A DNA stretch of 63,325 bases, filler included, from Thraustochytrium aureum (Eukaryota), in NCBI GenBank assembly GCA_012862495.1. It is 8 parts of 5 records of this genome, joined end to end, with 100 filler letters (N's around TTAATTAATTAA, not from the genome) between each part and the next. Parts side by side here need not be neighbours in the genome. Positions count along the whole stretch, not along the records: positions 47,887 to 62,022 come from BLSG01000363.1; positions 62,123 to 63,325 come from BLSG01000391.1; 6 more parts are not named here. One strand, written 5' to 3'. The translations under genes were made by a program, and so were the position numbers. The notes below the pieces were generated by a model, which searched no databases, had not been told where the DNA came from, and saw nothing but the letters and a program-made list of their open reading frames with translations. Below, in pieces: positions 60,369 to 63,325 of this stretch. The first letter of the stretch is position 1, and each line of letters opens with the position of its first letter.

Positions 60369-63072
60369 NNNNNNNNNNNNNNNNNNNNNNNNNNNNNNNN
60401 NNNNNNNNNNNNNNNNNNNNNNNNNNNNNNNNNNNNNNNNNNNNNNNNNNNNNNNNNNNNNNNNNNNNNNNNNNNNNNNNNNNNNNNNNNNNNNNNNNNN
60501 NNNNNNNNNNNNNNNNNNNNNNNNNNNNNNNNNNNNNNNNNNNNNNNNNNNNNNNNNNNNNNNNNNNNNNNNNNNNNNNNNNNNNNNNNNNNNNNNNNNN
60601 NNNNNNNNNNNNNNNNNNNNNNNNNNNNNNNNNNNNNNNNNNNNNNNNNNNNNNNNNNNNNNNNNNNNNNNNNNNNNNNNNNNNNNNNNNNNNNNNNNNN
60701 NNNNNNNNNNNNNNNNNNNNNNNNNNNNNNNNNNNNNNNNNNNNNNNNNNNNNNNNNNNNNNNNNNNNNNNNNNNNNNNNNNNNNNNNNNNNNNNNNNNN
60801 NNNNNNNNNNNCCCGCTTGGCGTGCTGCACCCATTTCGCAAAAGGCCCAACCTCGCGCGGTAATCGCTCTTTAATCGCTTTAAATCGACCGAAGCCGCGA
60901 GAGCCGCGACGGGTTAAATCGACCAGAGCACCAGACCTCCTCGGGAGCGAATGAGGAGGCGGCCGGGGCGTGTGAGGCGGCTGCCGGGGAAGTACGTGCG
61001 CGAGGCACTGAGGGGCTTTTTTTTTGTCGCCGGAACGAACTGTCCACACGTCCACCGCTCACACAACGGCCCAGCTTCTCTCCCCCGTCCTCCTTACTTA
61101 CTTTCTTCGCATCGTCTGATTTTTTTATTTTTTTTATTTTTCTACTCCTTCCCCCCTTTCGTGTTCAAGTTGTTTCTTGATGAAAATCCAACCGGAGAGG
61201 GGCGGCTGAGGGTGAGACTGAGGCGGGTCGCCCTCACAACGGAGGAAGGTAGGTACGCGGTTTGTGCTGGCGCCGCGCGGCCCTCTGCGGCTCTTGAGAG
61301 GCCGCGTGGGAGGCGCGCAAGGCAGGACAGATGAAAAAGCCGCCTGCTCGCAGTGCAGCGCGAAGGTGATAGGTGAGGAGAGTACCCTCCCTACCTACTT
61401 CCACGTTGCCTACTTCCACGTTGCTTGCCGGAGAGTAAGGAGGTAAGTAGTCGTACTTCCCGCGCCACTGCTGTGAGGGCGCTGTCCCATCGGCCGATCC
61501 AAATCACCAACTGATCCGCGCGAAGGAGGGGCTGACGCACACTCGCTCTCGCCGCGCAAAGGGCCGGCCGCTCTCGAGCTTGCTCGGGCGCGCCGCCGCT
61601 CGCGAACGAGCACGCCTGGCAGCACAGCGAGTGCTTGCGGATGAGGTCACGGTCGTTCACATCCGAGTCCGTGCCAGAGTGCTTCTGAAGGAGTGCTTTC
61701 AAGCCGACCCCGTCTTACTCGGCCTTCGAGCTGACGCCGAGAGCATCGCGGAGAGGCCTTCGGTGAGTACCTGCTAGTACATTCAGATGTTCATCACTCA
61801 ATCAATCTTTCAAGAAACCAATCTTCGTCCAGACGTCCGTCCACGCACGGGGCGGGGAACAGCATCCGCCGGCCCGCAGCGCCTCGGTAATCCCCACCTT
61901 GCTCACGCTGGCGGGTCCAAATCCGAACTCGGATGCCCGCCTTCAAGTTCTCGATGCCCGGCAACTGGCAATCGAGCGCGCCTCGCACGCGGTGCATGTG
62001 AGTCACGATCATCAAGGCCTCGNNNNNNNNNNNNNNNNNNNNNNNNNNNNNNNNNNNNNNNNNNNNTTAATTAATTAANNNNNNNNNNNNNNNNNNNNNN
62101 NNNNNNNNNNNNNNNNNNNNNNAAAACGACTTTGTGCTCTTCAACGCGCCCTGCTTGTTTTGCTTGCTGTGCGATTGCACGCCTCGTTCGGGGTCTGTCC
62201 CGAGGCTTGGGCGCTGCAGTTGATTGACACATCAAGGCACAAGGGAAGCATGTGTGCGTGAGTGATCAAAAGGCCCCGAGTGCGTGGAGAATCGCGCTCG
62301 TGTCAGATGAAGCCGAGGCGTGGACTCGCTTCCTGCAAGCGGAGCGATTTCCGGTCCGCTGGCACAAGGATACCTCTGTCCAGGTTGCGCGGTTGTGTGC
62401 ACATATCCGCTTTCGTACGCGTTTGCAGCGACGGACCGTACCCTCTAGAGGGTACTCCCAAACTTTAGACCAAGCAAGCCGTGTGCAGTGCGTCGCGAGC
62501 CGCGGGTCGTGGAGACTTGTTTGCTTGGTCGGCGCTTTCGAGAATCGCCGTATCCTCTTGGGACGTCAAGCAAAACCGGACCTTCTCGACAGTACTTCTT
62601 ACTCTACTCTCCAAGTCCAGGGTCTCAGCGCGACGATACCGGTGGAAGACGGAGGCGCGGCCCCCAAGAAATGTGAAAGAAACGGCGCTGCCAAACTGCC
62701 AATCCTAGGATTGGCTCACTGACGGTCAGGGCAACCAGGCAGCACAACAGGACGTCTCGTGTCAAACCGCCTTCGCGGCGCAGCGAGACGTCCGTGACAA
62801 ACTTGCTGGCGACAGCCTGCGGATCAAAGAGTAGATGAATCTCTTGGTTTTCCACACGACGTGATTGCACACGAAGACCCCGAGAACGCGCGCTTCGCGT
62901 CGAGCCACGAGCGGCACGAGCGAGAGGGCGTGTACAAGGCGAGCGCACACGTGTTTGGCCTGGCCAGTTGCCACTCCGTGTGGACGCGGAGAACGAAGGC
63001 TGACACATCAACGAAGCTATGCCTTGGTATGCATGCCTTTGCGAGTAGGGAAGTGGAGAAAAAATGGATGCG

Positions 63073-63325
63073 CTATTTGATTTGCGTGCTCTCGCTCACG
63101 CTCGCCCCTGCAACCAAGCAACGCTGGCAATGGCGAGTGCTACAACGCGATGTGTGGCATCGCTTCGCAGGCGCTCCCCCAGGAGAGACCTTGAGCGTCG
63201 AGTTACTCACTGTCGGGGCAGCACTACTTGGTGCCAAAGAAGAACCGCTTGGCGTTGGCGCGGTGCTATTTGTCTCTGACGAAGGCGGCGACACCATCGG
63301 CGACTGCGAAGGAGCTTGCGTAGGG
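63073..63325 (-). CDS. Possible C-terminal Pro/Ser/Thr-rich stalk of a surface protein (runs off the window)
   Basis: SPPSSETNSTAPTPSGSSLAPSSAAPTVSNST composition resembles the other surface proteins here. The true end is unclear. Confidence 0.35.
   Translation of the reverse strand, partial: PTQAPSQSPMVSPPSSETNSTAPTPSGSSLAPSSAAPTVSNSTLKVSPGGAPAKRCHTSRCSTRHCQRCLVAGASVSESTQIK

Overview
GC-rich, intron-poor eukaryotic genomic DNA from a gapped draft assembly. The gene content suggests a stramenopile protist such as a labyrinthulomycete/thraustochytrid, but this is inference. Seven artificial 100-nt spacers (N44-TTAATTAATTAA-N44) join eight scaffold pieces, so linkage across spacers is not guaranteed. 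Many genes carry single-base frameshifts, several in homopolymer runs, and these look like sequencing errors. Host-type genes: three tandem paralogous surface proteins (Asp-box motifs in the two longer copies), a WD40 remnant, a WW-domain tail, a vWA-like/PT-repeat multipass membrane protein, a TIR protein, a ZMYND12 homologue, a spliced ubiquitin-NEDD8 fusion, a very large pseudo-cytidine-deaminase/SAM/EF-hand/Tudor-repeat protein, a Leu/Phe/Val-type dehydrogenase, an RCC1-like surface protein, a metallo-beta-lactamase/cNMP phosphodiesterase, MO25, and a ~2,300-aa PqiA/LetA-domain membrane protein. Mobile DNA: a DD35D pogo-type transposase, a near-complete TIR-bounded Sola3-like transposon, a long inverted-repeat element and a Crypton-like tyrosine recombinase. 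The best leads are (1) a bacterial-immunity-style SLOG-like plus double-SLATT gene next to the tyrosine recombinase, (2) the giant PqiA/LetA fusion with a repeated ectodomain and (3) the zinc-less deaminase-Tudor protein. Family assignments come from motif recognition only; no searches were run.
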